From an uncultured Clostridia bacterium (GTDB lineage: Bacteria; Bacillota; Clostridia; TANB77; CAG-508): 64,000 nucleotides of DNA. Of the stretch, positions 1 to 10,415 are shown in pieces. The first letter of the stretch is position 1. Each line of letters begins with the position of its first letter. The stretch lies in NCBI GenBank assembly GCA_934122115.1, contig CAKOVU010000003.1, forward strand, positions 64,442-128,441. Reading direction: 5' to 3'. The position numbers and the translations under genes are program-made. Below the pieces are notes generated by a model. The model was not told the DNA's origin. It saw only the letters and a list, made by a program, of their open reading frames with translations, and did no database searches.

Positions 1-20
1 CTCATCAAGTAAAGAAAAAT

Positions 21-953
21 TTGGATTGCTATGATATAGATATAATTCCAGGGAGAATTTTTGAAGGCAATATGGTAAAACTATTTATATTTTGCCAGAA
101 TTACGATTTGATTCATTTTATATGGAGAGGATACATATCTTTGATTGATAGAGAAGAGATGTATTCATATATAGAGTCGCTTGGAATGACGACAGAAGAA
201 TTTAAAGAGAAATTTATATATAATAAAAAAATAAGTTTTTCTGTTTGTGATGAGTTATATTTAGAGGGCGAAGAAAAATGGAGAACAGATAAAATTTTAG
301 AATATACCGATAAATATTTCGTAACTTCTAAAAGATTATATGATATCTACAGCAAACTAGATAAAAAACCAATGATGATAATACATGACGGGGTTGATTT
401 AGATAACTATAAGCCACAAAATTTAGAAAGATTTGATAATGTAACTAATATCAATGTGGGATGGGTTGGAAATAGCAAGTTTAAAGGATCTGACAATGAT
501 TGTGACATGAAAGGTGTAGAAGGAGTAATAAAACCGGCTATAAAAGAATTGCAGGATGAAGGATACAAAATAGAGCTAAAATTAGCAGATAGAAATATTA
601 AAATGATAGAACAAAAGGATATGCCTGATTTTTATAACTCTTTAGAACTATACATTTGCGCATCAAAGGCAGAAGGTACACCACTTACAGTGTTGGAAGC
701 GATGGCGATGGGAATACCAGTAATATCAACTAATGTAGGAATTGTAGAAGAAGCATTTGGAAATTGCCAAAAGAAATATATTTTGCAAGAAAGAAGTAAA
801 GAGTGTTTAAAAGAAAAAATAAAATATTTGATTTCAAATAATTCAGAATTTAAAGAATTATCACAAGAAAATTTAGAAGGCATAAAAAAATGGGATTGGA
901 AAATAATTTCAGAGCAGTACAAAGAATTATTTGATAACATACTAAAAATGTAA
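21..953 (+). CDS. Glycosyltransferase family 1 (GT-B), C-terminal part. The reading frame is open to the window edge, so the gene is probably 5'-truncated by the window; a TTG at 21 is the first possible start.
   Basis: C-terminal GT1 signature E-x7-E region 'EGTPLTVLEAMAMGIPVISTNVGIVEE'. No in-frame stop between position 3 and 21. Confidence 0.65.
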   Translation: MDCYDIDIIPGRIFEGNMVKLFIFCQNYDLIHFIWRGYISLIDREEMYSYIESLGMTTEEFKEKFIYNKKISFSVCDELYLEGEEKWRTDKILEYTDKYFVTSKRLYDIYSKLDKKPMMIIHDGVDLDNYKPQNLERFDNVTNINVGWVGNSKFKGSDNDCDMKGVEGVIKPAIKELQDEGYKIELKLADRNIKMIEQKDMPDFYNSLELYICASKAEGTPLTVLEAMAMGIPVISTNVGIVEEAFGNCQKKYILQERSKECLKEKIKYLISNNSEFKELSQENLEGIKKWDWKIISEQYKELFDNILKM

Positions 954-963
954 GAGGAGAAAA

Positions 964-2256
964 ATGAAAGACGATAAATATTTTTGGGATTACCAGTTGC
1001 AACCAGGTATGAAATTAAATAATAATTACTATAAAAATCTAGATGTTGAACCATTAGTAACAATTATAACTTCATTTTATAATGCTCAAGAATTCATGTG
1101 GCAAACAATAAATTGTGTATTTAACCAAACTTTTCCATATTGGGAATGGATAATCGTAGATGATGGAAGTACACAAGAAGAAGCACTAGATTACCTAAAG
1201 CAAGTTGAAAAAATGGATAATAGAATCAAAGTTTATCATAAAGAAAATGAAGGATTGGCTAAGGGAAGAGACTATGCTATAAAATATTCAAATACAAAGT
1301 ATATCCTACCTCTAGATGCAGATGATTTGATTGAACCAACTTATATAGAAACTTTATATTGGACAATGGAAACTAATAAAGAAGCATCATGGGCGTTTAC
1401 TAACTCTGTAGGATTTGGAAAATATATTTATTTGGTTGATCATAAATTTAACAGTGAAAAAATGAAGGCAGAGAATCAAATAACTGCTACAGCCCTAATA
1501 AGAAAAGATAAGATACTGAATTTAGGCGGTTATGGAGTGGCAAAAAGGTATGTAAATGAAGATTGGCACTTATGGCTTAGAATGCTTGCAGAAGGCGATT
1601 ATCCTGTTCAAGTTACGTATTACGGATTTTGGTATAGAAGAAGAATGCAAAGTTTACTTACAGAAGTAAATGATACCAAGAAAAAAGAAAATGAATTGAG
1701 GCTGAGAGATCTTAAAACTGAAGCAGATAAGATAACTAAAAGAGTTGAGCCTGTGATATATTCTGAAGAAAAAACAGAGGATTTACTGCAGTACAATGAA
1801 TTGAATTTTGATAAAACCTTTCCGAAGGAAAACAAAGAAACAATATTGTATATATTGCCACAAATTGGCTGTGATGCAAAATTATATAAACAAATAAAAG
1901 AAAAAAACAATAAATTTAACATAATAGTAATAACATTAAAAAAAACAGAATATTCGGAATATGTGTATAGGCAAAAGTATGAAAAATTTGCAACAGTATT
2001 TAATTTAACAACTTTTTTACCATCTAAATATTATTTAGGATTTATAGAATATATAATAAAAACAAGAAATATAAATGAAATTTATATGGCAAAAAACAAA
2101 TATAGTCAAATAATACAAGGAAAATTTAAAATAATGGATAATATTACATATAGGAATAGCAAATTTGTATATATACTTAAAATATTAGAATATAAATTAA
2201 ACCATACTATTATAGCAAGGGCTATTAGGAAAGCGATAAGACTATTAAAAAGCTAA
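964..2256 (+). CDS. Glycosyltransferase family 2 (GT-A).
   Basis: N-terminal GT2 motif 'VTIITSFYNAQEF...IIVDDGSTQEE' and a 'LDADD' DxD motif. RBS GAGGAG 5 nt upstream. Confidence 0.7.
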   Translation: MKDDKYFWDYQLQPGMKLNNNYYKNLDVEPLVTIITSFYNAQEFMWQTINCVFNQTFPYWEWIIVDDGSTQEEALDYLKQVEKMDNRIKVYHKENEGLAKGRDYAIKYSNTKYILPLDADDLIEPTYIETLYWTMETNKEASWAFTNSVGFGKYIYLVDHKFNSEKMKAENQITATALIRKDKILNLGGYGVAKRYVNEDWHLWLRMLAEGDYPVQVTYYGFWYRRRMQSLLTEVNDTKKKENELRLRDLKTEADKITKRVEPVIYSEEKTEDLLQYNELNFDKTFPKENKETILYILPQIGCDAKLYKQIKEKNNKFNIIVITLKKTEYSEYVYRQKYEKFATVFNLTTFLPSKYYLGFIEYIIKTRNINEIYMAKNKYSQIIQGKFKIMDNITYRNSKFVYILKILEYKLNHTIIARAIRKAIRLLKS

Positions 2257-2278
2257 TATGAAAGGAACGATTGTGTAG

Positions 2279-4477
2279 ATGAAAATTTGGTTTTTAACAG
2301 GTGAATTTGCACCAGATTTTGGAGGCGGAATTGGAACATATGTAGAAAATTGCGCTAAAATGTTTGCTAAAGCTGGAGATGATGTAACAGTAATAGTAAG
2401 AAGCATTAATGGAAATAAATCAGAGAAAGCAAAAGAAGGTTACAGAATTGAAAGATTTCAACAAGGAGAAGGAGAAAACTATCAATACTTAGGATATGAT
2501 AATGCATTGGCTTATCAATACTATGAAGTGATAATGAAGATGATTGATAAATATGGAAAACCTGATATTATAGAAATGCAGGAATATAATGCGTATGGAC
2601 AATATATTATACAAAGTAAATTAATGTTGAATGAAAAACTGAAAGACATTCCATTAGTTGTACATCTTCATACTCCAAGCTTTGAAACTTTAAAAATTAA
2701 TCAATTTAATACGTATGAATTACCATTTTATTGGATTGGTGAGATGGAAAAATTTTGCATTAAAGGTGCAGATGCATTAGTATGCCCAAGTCAATTCTTA
2801 GCAGATAAATTACAATATCTAGTAGATGAAAAAATAAAAGTAATAAATTTACCTTTTGACATAGACAAAGAAGAATTAGAAAAATATGAAAAAGAGGGAA
2901 TTCAAAAACCTGATAAGAAAACTATATTATATTTTGGAAGAACAGAGTACAGAAAAGGCGTTGTGCAAATGCTAAAAGGTGCTGAAAAATTATGGAAAAA
3001 AGGATTAGATTTTAAGGTTAAAATTATTGGTGGAGATACAATATTAGAATCAAAAGGTACATATGTTGGAGAGGATTTAAAGAAGAAATATGCTAAATAT
3101 ATAGAAAGTGGCAACCTAGAAATGATGAATTCGATACCACATTTAGATTTGATTCCTCATATTTTATCAGCTACAGCGGTAACAATTCCATCACTATACG
3201 AGAATTTTCCTAATACATGTATATACTCAATGTGGCTAGGAAAGCCTGTATTAGTTTCAAAAAGCGGTGGACAGGCAGAAATGGTAAAAGATTCCGGAAA
3301 GAATGGATTGATTTTTGACTGGGATAAAGATGGAGATTTTGAAGAAAAACTAAAACAATTATTAAATATGTCTGATGAAGATTTAAAGCAAATGGGAGAC
3401 AATGCAAAATCAAGAATTCATGAATTATGCAACATGGAAGACAACTTGAAGATTAGAAGAGAATTCTTTGAAGATGTAATAAAAAATAAAAATAAACCTA
3501 AAGAGAAGTTTCCGTTTGTTGAAGAAATGCCTAAAGATGAATATATAAAGCAATATGATGGTGAGAAAGATTTATTATCAGTGGTAATTCCATATTATAA
3601 TTTAGGAAAAACATTACCAGAAACAATAGAAAGTATTAAAGCTACTACTTATAAGAATTATGAAATAATAATAGTAAATGATGGAAGCACTGATGAGGAA
3701 AGTGTAAAAGTATTAGAACAATATAAAGATGATGAAAAGGTAAGAGTAGTAAATATAGAGAATAAAGGATTAGCTAATGCAAGAAATGTAGGTGCAAAAG
3801 AAGCAAAGGGAGAGTTTGTAGCATTTCTAGATGCGGATGATAAAATTGATCCAACATTTTATGAGAAAGCAATAAGGATATTACACCAATATAGTAATGT
3901 TTCATATGTTTATAGCTGGGTTCAATATTTTGAAGGAAGCACGGCGGTATGGCCAACTTTCAATGTTCATATACCATATTTATTATGTGCGAATATGCTC
4001 GCAGCTTTTGTAGTAATAAGAAAGAATGATTTTCTAAATTTTGGACAAAATAGAATAAAAATGGAATATGGAATGGAAGATTATGATGGCTGGGTAAGCT
4101 TAGCAGAACACGGATATTTGGGAGTATCTATTCCAGAAAAACTTAATTTATATAGAATAAGAAAAGATTCAATGTCAAGGCAATTTAATAAAAAAATGAG
4201 AGTGTACTTATACCAGATATCTAAAGAGGGACATGAAAAATTATTTGCAAAATATTCAAAAGACATATATATGCTATTACTTACAAATGGACAGTCTTAT
4301 TATTGGAATAATCCTACTACACCGGTATACATTCCTACAACTGGGGAAGTTCAACAACCAGATGAAAGAATATTAAAAATAGAAAGAATGCTTAATTCTT
4401 TACCAGGTAGAGCAGCAAGAAAAGTTTATAGAGGATTAAAGAAAATAAAGCATGGAGTACAGAATATTTTTAAATAA
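2279..4477 (+). CDS. Bifunctional glycosyltransferase: N-terminal GT4/GT1-like domain fused to a C-terminal GT2 domain.
   Basis: N-terminus 'MKIWFLTGEFAPDFGGGIGTYVEN' (GT4-like). C-terminal half 'LSVVIPYYNLGKTLPETIESIKATTYKNYEIIIVNDGSTDEE ... AFLDADD' (GT2). Confidence 0.7.
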   Translation: MKIWFLTGEFAPDFGGGIGTYVENCAKMFAKAGDDVTVIVRSINGNKSEKAKEGYRIERFQQGEGENYQYLGYDNALAYQYYEVIMKMIDKYGKPDIIEMQEYNAYGQYIIQSKLMLNEKLKDIPLVVHLHTPSFETLKINQFNTYELPFYWIGEMEKFCIKGADALVCPSQFLADKLQYLVDEKIKVINLPFDIDKEELEKYEKEGIQKPDKKTILYFGRTEYRKGVVQMLKGAEKLWKKGLDFKVKIIGGDTILESKGTYVGEDLKKKYAKYIESGNLEMMNSIPHLDLIPHILSATAVTIPSLYENFPNTCIYSMWLGKPVLVSKSGGQAEMVKDSGKNGLIFDWDKDGDFEEKLKQLLNMSDEDLKQMGDNAKSRIHELCNMEDNLKIRREFFEDVIKNKNKPKEKFPFVEEMPKDEYIKQYDGEKDLLSVVIPYYNLGKTLPETIESIKATTYKNYEIIIVNDGSTDEESVKVLEQYKDDEKVRVVNIENKGLANARNVGAKEAKGEFVAFLDADDKIDPTFYEKAIRILHQYSNVSYVYSWVQYFEGSTAVWPTFNVHIPYLLCANMLAAFVVIRKNDFLNFGQNRIKMEYGMEDYDGWVSLAEHGYLGVSIPEKLNLYRIRKDSMSRQFNKKMRVYLYQISKEGHEKLFAKYSKDIYMLLLTNGQSYYWNNPTTPVYIPTTGEVQQPDERILKIERMLNSLPGRAARKVYRGLKKIKHGVQNIFK

Positions 4478-4498
4478 GAATATGGAAAGGAAAGAACA

Positions 4499-5815
4499 AT
4501 GGAAAAAGATATAAAAGAAAAAATTATTAACATTTTTAAGCAACCGTTAATATATGTTTTATTGTTTTGCATATTTGTTCAAGTAAAAATTTATAATACA
4601 GTTCCAAATTATGTTATGACTTCTGATAGCTATACATATGCAGAGAAATATAATACAAGTATTTTACGAGGTCAAGTTAATGAATTAAGAACGCCTGTGT
4701 ATCCATATTTTATTAAAGCGATTGGAAAGATTTCAGGACAAGAAAATTTATACAATAGTGTGGCAATGGCACAAAAAATACTATTTATAATTACTCTAAT
4801 ATTATTTTATTTTTGCTTGAAAAAAATAACGAAAAGTAATATAATCACATCGGTATTAACAATAGTATTTGGAATTTGTCCATTTATAGTATTGTGGAAT
4901 ATAATGATTTTAACAGAAGCAATTTCAATATTTGAAAGCATATTGCTAAGTTTTGTAACAATATTATACTTGGAAAAACCTAAAAAAAGTACTGCAATAA
5001 TATTGGGTATTATAGTATTAGGTATGATTTTAACAAGACCATCATTTATTTATTTATTACCAATATATTTCTTATTCTGGATATTAAGATTAATATTTAA
5101 TAAAAAGGAAAAAGAAGTAATTTCAGGTCTTATAAGTCTTACTATTTGCTCAGTTGTATTATTAGGGTATTGTGGACTAATGAAGGCTCAGCATGGAGAA
5201 TTTTCAATAACTGCAGTTTCGTATATAAATAATACAATAACTGCAATAAACAGTAATTCATATAAACAATCTGGCAATGAAGATATGATTAAGATTGTGG
5301 ATGAAATAAAGGGTGATAGAAGCGATGGTGAAATCTGCTGGACTGCACTGAATAAATTAAAAGAGCAGTATTCTGTTGAAGAAATAAAGAATTTTGCTAA
5401 TACTTCACTTAAAAATGATAAAAATTATTTGAATTTTATAATATCAAAAACAATACAATTAGGCTCATCAAATATAGGTACAGCATCATATATACCAAAT
5501 GATGTGTTTATAAATGAAAAATATGCTAATCAGATATATACAGAAATAGGAAATATAATTTTTCCAATTAACTTTGCGATGGTATATATAATGGTAGGAA
5601 TAGCTGTAATTTATATTTTATATGATTTAATAAAAAATAAAAATATAAATTGGTATTTAGCATTTTTTACGGTATTGATTGCTGCTAATATATTTACATT
5701 AATAGTAGGGGCACCTTTTGAATCTCAAAGGCTTTTTGCTTCGTCAATTGTACAAGTTTTACTATTGATTGGATATGTTGTGGCTAAAGGAATATACAAT
5801 AAAAAAATAAATTAA
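4499..5815 (+). CDS. Polytopic membrane protein (about 10 predicted TM segments). Possibly a GT-C-fold glycosyltransferase of the ArnT/PMT type (GT39/83-like).
   Basis: Many hydrophobic segments. First extracytoplasmic loop contains a 'DSYTYAEKY' acidic/aromatic motif reminiscent of GT-C enzymes. Position inside a glycosyltransferase locus. Confidence 0.4.
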   Translation: MEKDIKEKIINIFKQPLIYVLLFCIFVQVKIYNTVPNYVMTSDSYTYAEKYNTSILRGQVNELRTPVYPYFIKAIGKISGQENLYNSVAMAQKILFIITLILFYFCLKKITKSNIITSVLTIVFGICPFIVLWNIMILTEAISIFESILLSFVTILYLEKPKKSTAIILGIIVLGMILTRPSFIYLLPIYFLFWILRLIFNKKEKEVISGLISLTICSVVLLGYCGLMKAQHGEFSITAVSYINNTITAINSNSYKQSGNEDMIKIVDEIKGDRSDGEICWTALNKLKEQYSVEEIKNFANTSLKNDKNYLNFIISKTIQLGSSNIGTASYIPNDVFINEKYANQIYTEIGNIIFPINFAMVYIMVGIAVIYILYDLIKNKNINWYLAFFTVLIAANIFTLIVGAPFESQRLFASSIVQVLLLIGYVVAKGIYNKKIN

Positions 5816-5829
5816 GAAAGGATAAAAAG

Positions 5830-7410
5830 ATGGAAAAGAAAAACGTAGTTATTATTGGTGCTGGTCCTGCGGGATTAACAATGGCTCATGAGTTACTAAA
5901 AGAAAATGGAAATGAGCAATATAATGTAACAGTGCTAGAAGAAACACAAGAAATTGGAGGAATTTCTAAAACAGTAAAATATAATGGAAACCGTATGGAT
6001 ATAGGAGGACATAGATTTTTCTCGAAAGATGAAAGAGTAATGAACTTCTGGCATGATTTAATGCCTGTACAAGGAAAAAACTCATTTGATGATGAAAAAC
6101 TAGGAAGAGTAAAACCTCTTGAAGAAGGTGGCCCAGACCCTGAAAAAGAAGACGATGTAATGCTTATAAGACAAAGGGTTTCTAGAATTTATTATTTAAA
6201 GAAATTCTTTGATTATCCAATTAGCATGAAAATGCAAACTTTCAAAAATATGGGCTTTGACCGCACAATGAAGGCTGGTTTTAGTTATTTAAAATCATTG
6301 ATATTTAAAAGAGAAGAAAAATCATTAGAGGATTTTTACATCAACAGATTTGGTAAAGTACTTTATAGCATGTTCTTTGAAAAATATACTGAAAAACTTT
6401 GGGGAAGACATCCAAGCGAAATATCTGCTGATTGGGGAGCTCAACGTGTAAAGGGAATATCTATTAAAGCAGTAATAAAAGATATGTTCCATAAAGCATT
6501 CGGAAAGAAAAATAGCGAGAATACTGAGACTTCTTTGATAGAACAATTTTGGTATCCAAAATATGGTCCAGGACATTTATGGGAGACTCTAGCAAATAAA
6601 GTTTCAAATGAAGGAGCTTCAATATTAAAAGGATATACTGTTAAAAAATTAAATTTCAAAGATGGAAGAATAGTTTCTGCTGAATGCGAAACACCTGAAG
6701 GAATTAAAACAATAGAGGGAGATATATTTGTTTCTTCTATGCCAATGAATGATTTAGTAGCAGGATTTACAGGAATAGATGTACCAACGGAAATAAGAGA
6801 TATAGCTAAAGGATTACCTTTCAGAGATTTCATAACAGTTGGATTATTAGTAGACAAACTAAACCTAGAAAACAAAACTGATATTAAAACTTTAGGAAAT
6901 ATAGTTCCAGATTGCTGGATTTATGTTCAAGAGCCAGAAGTTAAAATGTGTAGAATTCAAATATTCAATAACTGGTCACCATACTTGGTAAAAGATGCAG
7001 AAAACAAAGTATGGATTGGATTGGAATATACATGTAGTGAAGGTGATGAATACTGGAATATGTCTGATGAAGAATTTATAAACTTTGCAATAGATGAATT
7101 AGTTTCAATGAAAATAATTAGCAAAGATCAAGTTGAAGATTCTCATCGTGAAAGAATTAAGAAAGCATATCCTGCATATTTCGACACATACAAAGATATT
7201 GATAAATTAATAGACTACGTAAATAACATAGATAATTTATACTGTATAGGAAGAAACGGTCAACATAGATATAACAACATGGACCACTCTATGGTAACGG
7301 CTATAGAAGCAGCTAAGAATATACGTAATGGAATAGCAGACAAATCAAATATTTGGAATGTAAATACAGATAAAGAATATCATGAAGTAAAAAAAGCGGA
7401 ACAAAATTAA
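5830..7410 (+). CDS. FAD/NAD(P)-binding oxidoreductase (amine-oxidase or UDP-galactopyranose-mutase-like fold).
   Basis: N-terminal dinucleotide-binding motif 'VVIIGAGPAGLTMAHEL'. 526 aa. Embedded in a polysaccharide locus. Confidence 0.6.
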   Translation: MEKKNVVIIGAGPAGLTMAHELLKENGNEQYNVTVLEETQEIGGISKTVKYNGNRMDIGGHRFFSKDERVMNFWHDLMPVQGKNSFDDEKLGRVKPLEEGGPDPEKEDDVMLIRQRVSRIYYLKKFFDYPISMKMQTFKNMGFDRTMKAGFSYLKSLIFKREEKSLEDFYINRFGKVLYSMFFEKYTEKLWGRHPSEISADWGAQRVKGISIKAVIKDMFHKAFGKKNSENTETSLIEQFWYPKYGPGHLWETLANKVSNEGASILKGYTVKKLNFKDGRIVSAECETPEGIKTIEGDIFVSSMPMNDLVAGFTGIDVPTEIRDIAKGLPFRDFITVGLLVDKLNLENKTDIKTLGNIVPDCWIYVQEPEVKMCRIQIFNNWSPYLVKDAENKVWIGLEYTCSEGDEYWNMSDEEFINFAIDELVSMKIISKDQVEDSHRERIKKAYPAYFDTYKDIDKLIDYVNNIDNLYCIGRNGQHRYNNMDHSMVTAIEAAKNIRNGIADKSNIWNVNTDKEYHEVKKAEQN

Positions 7411-7420
7411 TTGAAAAAAT

Positions 7421-7457
7421 ATCTACCTAGAAAATATTTTTAGGTAGATATTTTTTT
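7421..7457 (+). terminator. Rho-independent terminator after the FAD oxidoreductase gene.
   Basis: Inverted repeat ATCTACCTA...TAGGTAGAT followed by a T7 run. Confidence 0.7.
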
Positions 7458-7561
7458 GCAAAATTAGTAAAAAATAGCAACAAAAAAATGACAAAATATG
7501 TTCCTTTTTTACAAGTTTCATGATACAATAAAGCGAGAATAAGACAAAAGGAGAGATACAT

Positions 7562-10393
7562 ATGAGAAGATATATAAAAGTAGTAGCAATAATGTTAATA
7601 TTACTATCTATGGCAGGGGCTACTAGCAATGCAAATGATAAAACAAGCAATATAAGTTTAGAAAAAGTAGTGGCAGAAAATAAAATAGTAGAAGATGGAA
7701 CCTATGTAATAAAATCTGCAATAAACAACAATTATGTATTGGATGTAGTTGGAGCCTCAAAAGTAAGTGGTGGCAATGTTCAACTATATAAAAATGCCTC
7801 GGCGGACCAACAACGTTTTATAGTAAAATACTTAGATAATGGGTACTATACTATTACAGCTAAGCATTCAAGCAAAGTTTTAGACGTGGCAAATGGAGGA
7901 AAAACAGCAGGTACAAATGTATGGCAATGTACACCAAATAATTCAGATGCACAAAAATGGTTGTTGAAAGATGCAGGAAATGGATATGTTTATCTAGTAT
8001 CAAAGTGCAATGGATTGTACCTTGATGTAGCAAATGGAGTAGCAGCAAATGGCACAAACGTACAAGTTTGCTATGGAAATAATTCAAATGCACAGAAATT
8101 TAAATTTGAAAAGGTACAAAGCAGTAATAATCCTACAAATAATACTCCGACAGGAACAAAAACAATAGAAGATGGAACATATGTAATAAAATCAGGAATA
8201 AATAATGGATATGTATTAGATGTGTTAAATGGTTCAAATGTAAGTGGAGCTAATGTTCAATTATATAAAAATTCATCTGTGAATCAACAACGTTTTGTAG
8301 TAAAATATTTAGATAATGGGTATTATACTATTACGGCTAAACACTCAAACAAGGTGCTAGATGTAGCAAATGGAGGAAAAACAGCAGGTACAAATGTATG
8401 GCAATGTACGCCAAACAATTCTGATGCGCAGAAATGGGTAATCAAGGATGCAGGAAATGGATATTACTATATAATATCAAAATGTAATGGATTGTATCTT
8501 GATGCTGCAAATGGAGTGGCAGCAAATGGTACAAATATACAAGTTTGCTATGGAAACAATTCAAATGCTCAAAAGTTTAAGTTTGAAAAATATTCAGAAT
8601 TTGTAGGAACAAAAACAATAGAAGATGGTACATATCAGATAGAGTCCGGAATTAATAGTGGATATGTACTAGATGTAGTAGGTGGTTCAAATGTAAGTGG
8701 AGCTAATGTTCAATTGTATTCAAAAAAATCTGTTACAAGACAACGTTTTACAGTTAAATATTTAGGAGATGGATTTTACACAATAACAGCTGCTCATTCT
8801 TCTAAAGTATTAGATGTAGCAAATGGAGGGAAAACAGCAGGTACAAATGTATGGCAATGTACACCAAATAATTCAGATGCGCAAAAATGGATAATAAAAG
8901 ATGCAGGAAATGGATATTATTATTTAATATCAAAATGTAATGGACTATATCTTGATGCGGCAAATGGAGTAGCAGCAAACGGTACAAACATTCAAGTTTG
9001 CTATGGAAATAATTCAAATGCTCAAAAATTTAAATTCGTAAAACCAATAAATATGCTAGAAAGTTTAGATGAAAGCAAATATCCAGGATACAAAGAAAGA
9101 ATATCTGCACTTATGAATGCACATCCAAATTGGAACTTTGAGTTTTTATATACAGGAATAAAATTCAGCGATGCAGTGGCTGGAGAATATCAAGTAAGAA
9201 AAAGAAATCTTGTTCCAACAGAGTATGGTGGAGAATGGATTTCTGGTACAACATTATATGATACAGGATGGTATGGAGCATCTGAAAAGGCTATAGCATA
9301 TTATATGGATCCGCGTAATTTCTTAAATGATACAGATGTATTCCAATTCCAAGATGTTAATGAATACTTAGAAGGAGCTTGCACATTAGAAGGCTTAAAA
9401 TCAAAGGTTGCTAATTCATTTTTAGCAGATTATGCAACAGATATTAATACAGCTTGCCTAAACCAAAATGTAAATCCATATTACATAATAGCTAGATTAT
9501 TCCAGGAGAATGGAACAAACCCTAAGAGTGGAACACATAAAATGGATGCAGGAAATGGTAAGTATTACTATAATCCATTTAATATAGGAGCTACAGGAGA
9601 TTCTTTAACAGAAGTGTATAACAATGCACTAGCTACAGCTAAGAGAAATGGTTGGGACACTATGGTAAAAGCTCTTGAAGGCGGAATTAAGATATGTAAA
9701 GAAAACTGGTTAGACAATTATCAAAATACACTTTATCAGAATAGATTTGATATAGATTCAACAAATGGAACTTCATTATATACTCACCAATACATGCAAA
9801 ATCTAATGGGTGCATATAGTGAAGCCAAAATACTAAGAAGCTCATATGCTAATACAGGAAAATTGGAATCTAATTTTACATTCCAAATACCTTTATATGA
9901 GGGAATGGATAAGGAACTTTCACCTATTCCTAAAAATAATCAAGAAAGTTATGCAATGAATGTAAAAACAACAGGCACGTCAATCCGTATAAGAGAAGAT
10001 GCTTCAACTGATTCAAAGATATTGAGAGAACTACCAAATGCTGGAACAGTGCTATTATCAGTAAAAAGAGGAATTAATTCTAACTGGCAACAAGTTATCA
10101 CATCAGATGGACTTATTGGATATGTATCTGGAACATATCTAGAACAAATTGATGATGTGAAAACATGCAACTATAAGGCAAAAGTAAAAACCAACGATGG
10201 AAATGGATGTAATGTAAGAATTGGACCAAGTACTAGATTAGATAAAGTAACAGCACTTTCAGATGGCGTTGAAGTAACGGTTATAGATAACTCTACTTAT
10301 AAAAATATAGATGGATATGATTGGAGCAGAGTAGTACTTTCTAGTGGAACACAGGTATTTATACCAAGCAGATACTTAGCAAAAATAAACTAA
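7562..10393 (+). CDS. Secreted cell-wall hydrolase. Signal peptide, three ricin-B-like beta-trefoil lectin modules, a glucosaminidase (GH73-like) catalytic region, then two C-terminal SH3b domains.
   Basis: Signal peptide 'MRRYIKVVAIMLILLSMAGATSNA'. Three ~150-aa repeats with QxW-like 'AQKW/AQKF/QQRF' sub-repeats. Central region 'YYIIARLFQENG...'. Two SH3_3-like segments at the C-terminus. Confidence 0.65.
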   Translation: MRRYIKVVAIMLILLSMAGATSNANDKTSNISLEKVVAENKIVEDGTYVIKSAINNNYVLDVVGASKVSGGNVQLYKNASADQQRFIVKYLDNGYYTITAKHSSKVLDVANGGKTAGTNVWQCTPNNSDAQKWLLKDAGNGYVYLVSKCNGLYLDVANGVAANGTNVQVCYGNNSNAQKFKFEKVQSSNNPTNNTPTGTKTIEDGTYVIKSGINNGYVLDVLNGSNVSGANVQLYKNSSVNQQRFVVKYLDNGYYTITAKHSNKVLDVANGGKTAGTNVWQCTPNNSDAQKWVIKDAGNGYYYIISKCNGLYLDAANGVAANGTNIQVCYGNNSNAQKFKFEKYSEFVGTKTIEDGTYQIESGINSGYVLDVVGGSNVSGANVQLYSKKSVTRQRFTVKYLGDGFYTITAAHSSKVLDVANGGKTAGTNVWQCTPNNSDAQKWIIKDAGNGYYYLISKCNGLYLDAANGVAANGTNIQVCYGNNSNAQKFKFVKPINMLESLDESKYPGYKERISALMNAHPNWNFEFLYTGIKFSDAVAGEYQVRKRNLVPTEYGGEWISGTTLYDTGWYGASEKAIAYYMDPRNFLNDTDVFQFQDVNEYLEGACTLEGLKSKVANSFLADYATDINTACLNQNVNPYYIIARLFQENGTNPKSGTHKMDAGNGKYYYNPFNIGATGDSLTEVYNNALATAKRNGWDTMVKALEGGIKICKENWLDNYQNTLYQNRFDIDSTNGTSLYTHQYMQNLMGAYSEAKILRSSYANTGKLESNFTFQIPLYEGMDKELSPIPKNNQESYAMNVKTTGTSIRIREDASTDSKILRELPNAGTVLLSVKRGINSNWQQVITSDGLIGYVSGTYLEQIDDVKTCNYKAKVKTNDGNGCNVRIGPSTRLDKVTALSDGVEVTVIDNSTYKNIDGYDWSRVVLSSGTQVFIPSRYLAKIN
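7680..9045 (+). repeat. Three tandem, nearly identical ~455 to 475 nt direct repeats inside the hydrolase gene. Each encodes one lectin module.
   Basis: Long identical stretches (GTAGCAAATGGAGGAAAAACAGCAGGTACAAATGTATGGCAATGTAC...) recur three times, starting near 7692, 8166 and 8618. Confidence 0.85.
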
Positions 10394-10415
10394 TCATATT
10401 TTAAGAGAGGTAAAA

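Noticed and set aside
632-1063. Antisense ORFs nested inside annotated genes, for example 632-1063(-), 6441-6875(-), 17014-17346(-), 24953-25345(-), 26098-26541(-), 30706-31140(-), 36793-37518(-), 39592-40041(-), 43300-43779(+), 54389-54757(-).
   Set aside because: All lie opposite strongly supported genes. They have low-complexity hydrophobic translations typical of AT-rich antisense frames, and none has an RBS.
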